Under the pieces are notes generated by a model. It ran no database searches. It saw nothing but the letters and a program-made list of their open reading frames with translations, and had not been told where the DNA came from. The translations under genes were made by a program, and so were the position numbers. DNA of 62,425 nt, the filler included, from Basidioascus undulatus (Eukaryota): NCBI GenBank assembly GCA_000826855.1. It is 6 parts of 6 records of this genome, joined end to end, with 100 filler letters (N's around TTAATTAATTAA, not from the genome) between each part and the next. Parts side by side here need not be neighbours in the genome. Positions count along the whole stretch, not along the records: positions 35,037 to 62,425 come from JTLS01000166.1; 5 more parts are not named here. One strand, 5' to 3'. Below, piece after piece: positions 60,711 through 62,425 of this stretch; the stretch's first letter is position 1, and each line of letters starts with the position of its first letter.

Positions 60711-61751
60711 TCTCGGACAATTGCTTGCCTCACTCTCGCAATTTCTTTCCTACAGGACAGTCTTTTCTTGCTCCCTTCACCAGTGCCAAGCGCACACGGA
60801 CATTGCGCGCCCTCGTTCCGGTTCTGCATCGTTGCTGTAATCATACCACACCCCATCCAGGCTTCAGCCCTTGCCGCATGATTTCCCCATTGTGACGGAC
60901 GATTTCTTGGCTGTAATTGCTACTGGTAGTTAGTCGCTGACTTGCAGGATATCTATGATCACTTGATGTTCAATAACTCGAGAGATACTGCAGACGTCTG
61001 AGAAAGACCCCGTGGCCTGCCCGCAAGCTCACTCTCATTGTAAAGTTACGGGGGTTAGAACCGACGCTGTCGGTGTGATGGCAAGATCGATCAGTGATTC
61101 GAGATGTGCTCTAGTTATCGTGGATATGCGGGCGTTGCCGAGCGGCGTGCGACCGACGTACGTACAGGCTCACCTGCGACCCCGAAGCGCCAGCGGGCAA
61201 TTGAGGCGGTCAACGAGCAGGTCATGCCCCCTGATTGGAGGACAGCAGACCATGGCGATGTTTGAAGAACACGACAGCGGGTGGGTTCGTGCGCGTGAGA
61301 TGCGGCTCCCCGTCGACATCCGACGAAGAGCGTGTGCGGAAGTGGCGAAGCAGCGCCATCGATTCGTCAACTAATGAGTGATAGGGAGTTGGCGAGCGGC
61401 GTGAGTAGGGACCGCACGCTGCGCAGAACAGGAGCCCTGCGGAGCGGCTAATGAAGAATAGAGAAGCGAGGCGCTTGATCCGAATCGGGGCGACGTGCGG
61501 AAGTGAAGATGTGTGAACTTCGAATGATCGACCGTTCCGCCGTGCGACCAACCACATCGTCGAGCGAGCGACTTCCGATCGAGTCCCCCCGCATTCGAAA
61601 AGGCAAAGAAAAAAAGGGGAAGTAAAGCACTTTCTTCAAAGTTCCTCTCCACTCCACCCACCACGCGTCCAGCATCTTCGTATCGCTACAATCCCCGTCC
61701 CCCTCAACACCCTCTCACCAACCCCCACACTGCGCCGACGGGTCGAGACGT

Positions 61752-62374
61752 TTAGTGCGCTGTGCAATGTGCGGGAAGGTAAGCCTGCGTTTTGGGAAAG
61801 AGAAGAGGGGGAGGGGGGGGGAGACGTACCCTCGGGAGTCTGTGCATAGGCGGGGAGAGGGCAGGGAAGGGAGGTGAGGGAAATCAGTAATGGGGGATAA
61901 AGGTTGGGAGAGAGAGGTGGGGGAGGGGGAAAAAGGAAGGAGAGAGAGGGAGGGACCTTGGCGATGTAGTCGATGGCTGAGGGAGGAGGGAGTGTCAGCA
62001 AGGTTGAGCAAGGAGGGAAACATGGGGTTTAGCTTCGGCAGGAAAAGCAGTGCCCGTTGTGCGTCCTGAGAGCGGAGGGGGTTTCGAAAGGGTCCGCACG
62101 CTCGTTCCACCCAGCTCGCGCCCGAGAAGACACCCTCGCCTCGGTATTCCTCGCCCCGAGCAGCTCGCCCTGATTCAACGGTCACATAGTAGGGCACTCC
62201 ACTCACCCTGACCAACGGTGGTGATCGCATCCGCCTCGGCATCCGGGATCTCACTGTCGCGGGGGGGGAGCAGCCAGTTAGCAAGCGCCGAATAGCGCCT
62301 CCGGCTGAGGGAGACTGAGAGTGGCAGGAGGTCGGGACGCACATGGCGAACTCCTCCTCGATGGCCATGACGAC
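61752..62374 (-). CDS. ACP1: Mitochondrial acyl carrier protein, C-terminal exons (5' part beyond the window)
   Basis: VVMAIEEEFAI|EIPDAEADAITTVGQ|AIDYIAK|TPE|AH*. Confidence 0.93.
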
Positions 62375-62425
62375 CTGGACCCACTGACGCGCCTCTTCGA
62401 CTGCGAGGGGCGAAGATATTGGATA

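Overview
Intron-rich, GC-rich fungal DNA, most likely from a basidiomycete (Pucciniomycotina-like; inferred from gene sequences and intron style). The window is not one locus. It is six contigs joined by an artificial 100-nt N44-TTAATTAATTAA-N44 linker (1-6911, 7012-13921, 14022-20930, 21031-27933, 28034-34936, 35037-62425), so adjacency across linkers has no biological meaning. Recognisable genes: a disrupted Rrn11-like gene, Med19, truncated MYG1, TRP4, a quinate permease split into two oppositely oriented halves, HSBP1, PAN3, the N-terminus of an aGPT-Pplase1-like DNA-modification protein, a divergent GT90/GT69 glycosyltransferase pair, Jjj1/DNAJC21, an ABC1/ADCK2-like kinase, an MFS transporter, epsilon-COP, DCAF11/WDR23, Tim8, a CE4 deacetylase and mitochondrial ACP. 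Also present: tRNA-Thr(AGT), tRNA-Val(AAC), a degenerate tRNA-Ala-like gene, two more pseudogenes and a CpG-decayed repeat relic. The most unusual signal is in the introns. Neighbouring introns of the same gene are repeatedly similar to each other (two clear pairs in the quinate permease, weaker pairs elsewhere), and two Med19 introns carry a near-perfect 41-nt inverted repeat around a 60-nt exon. This suggests local intron copying or conversion. All alignments were counted by hand; no database searches were run.
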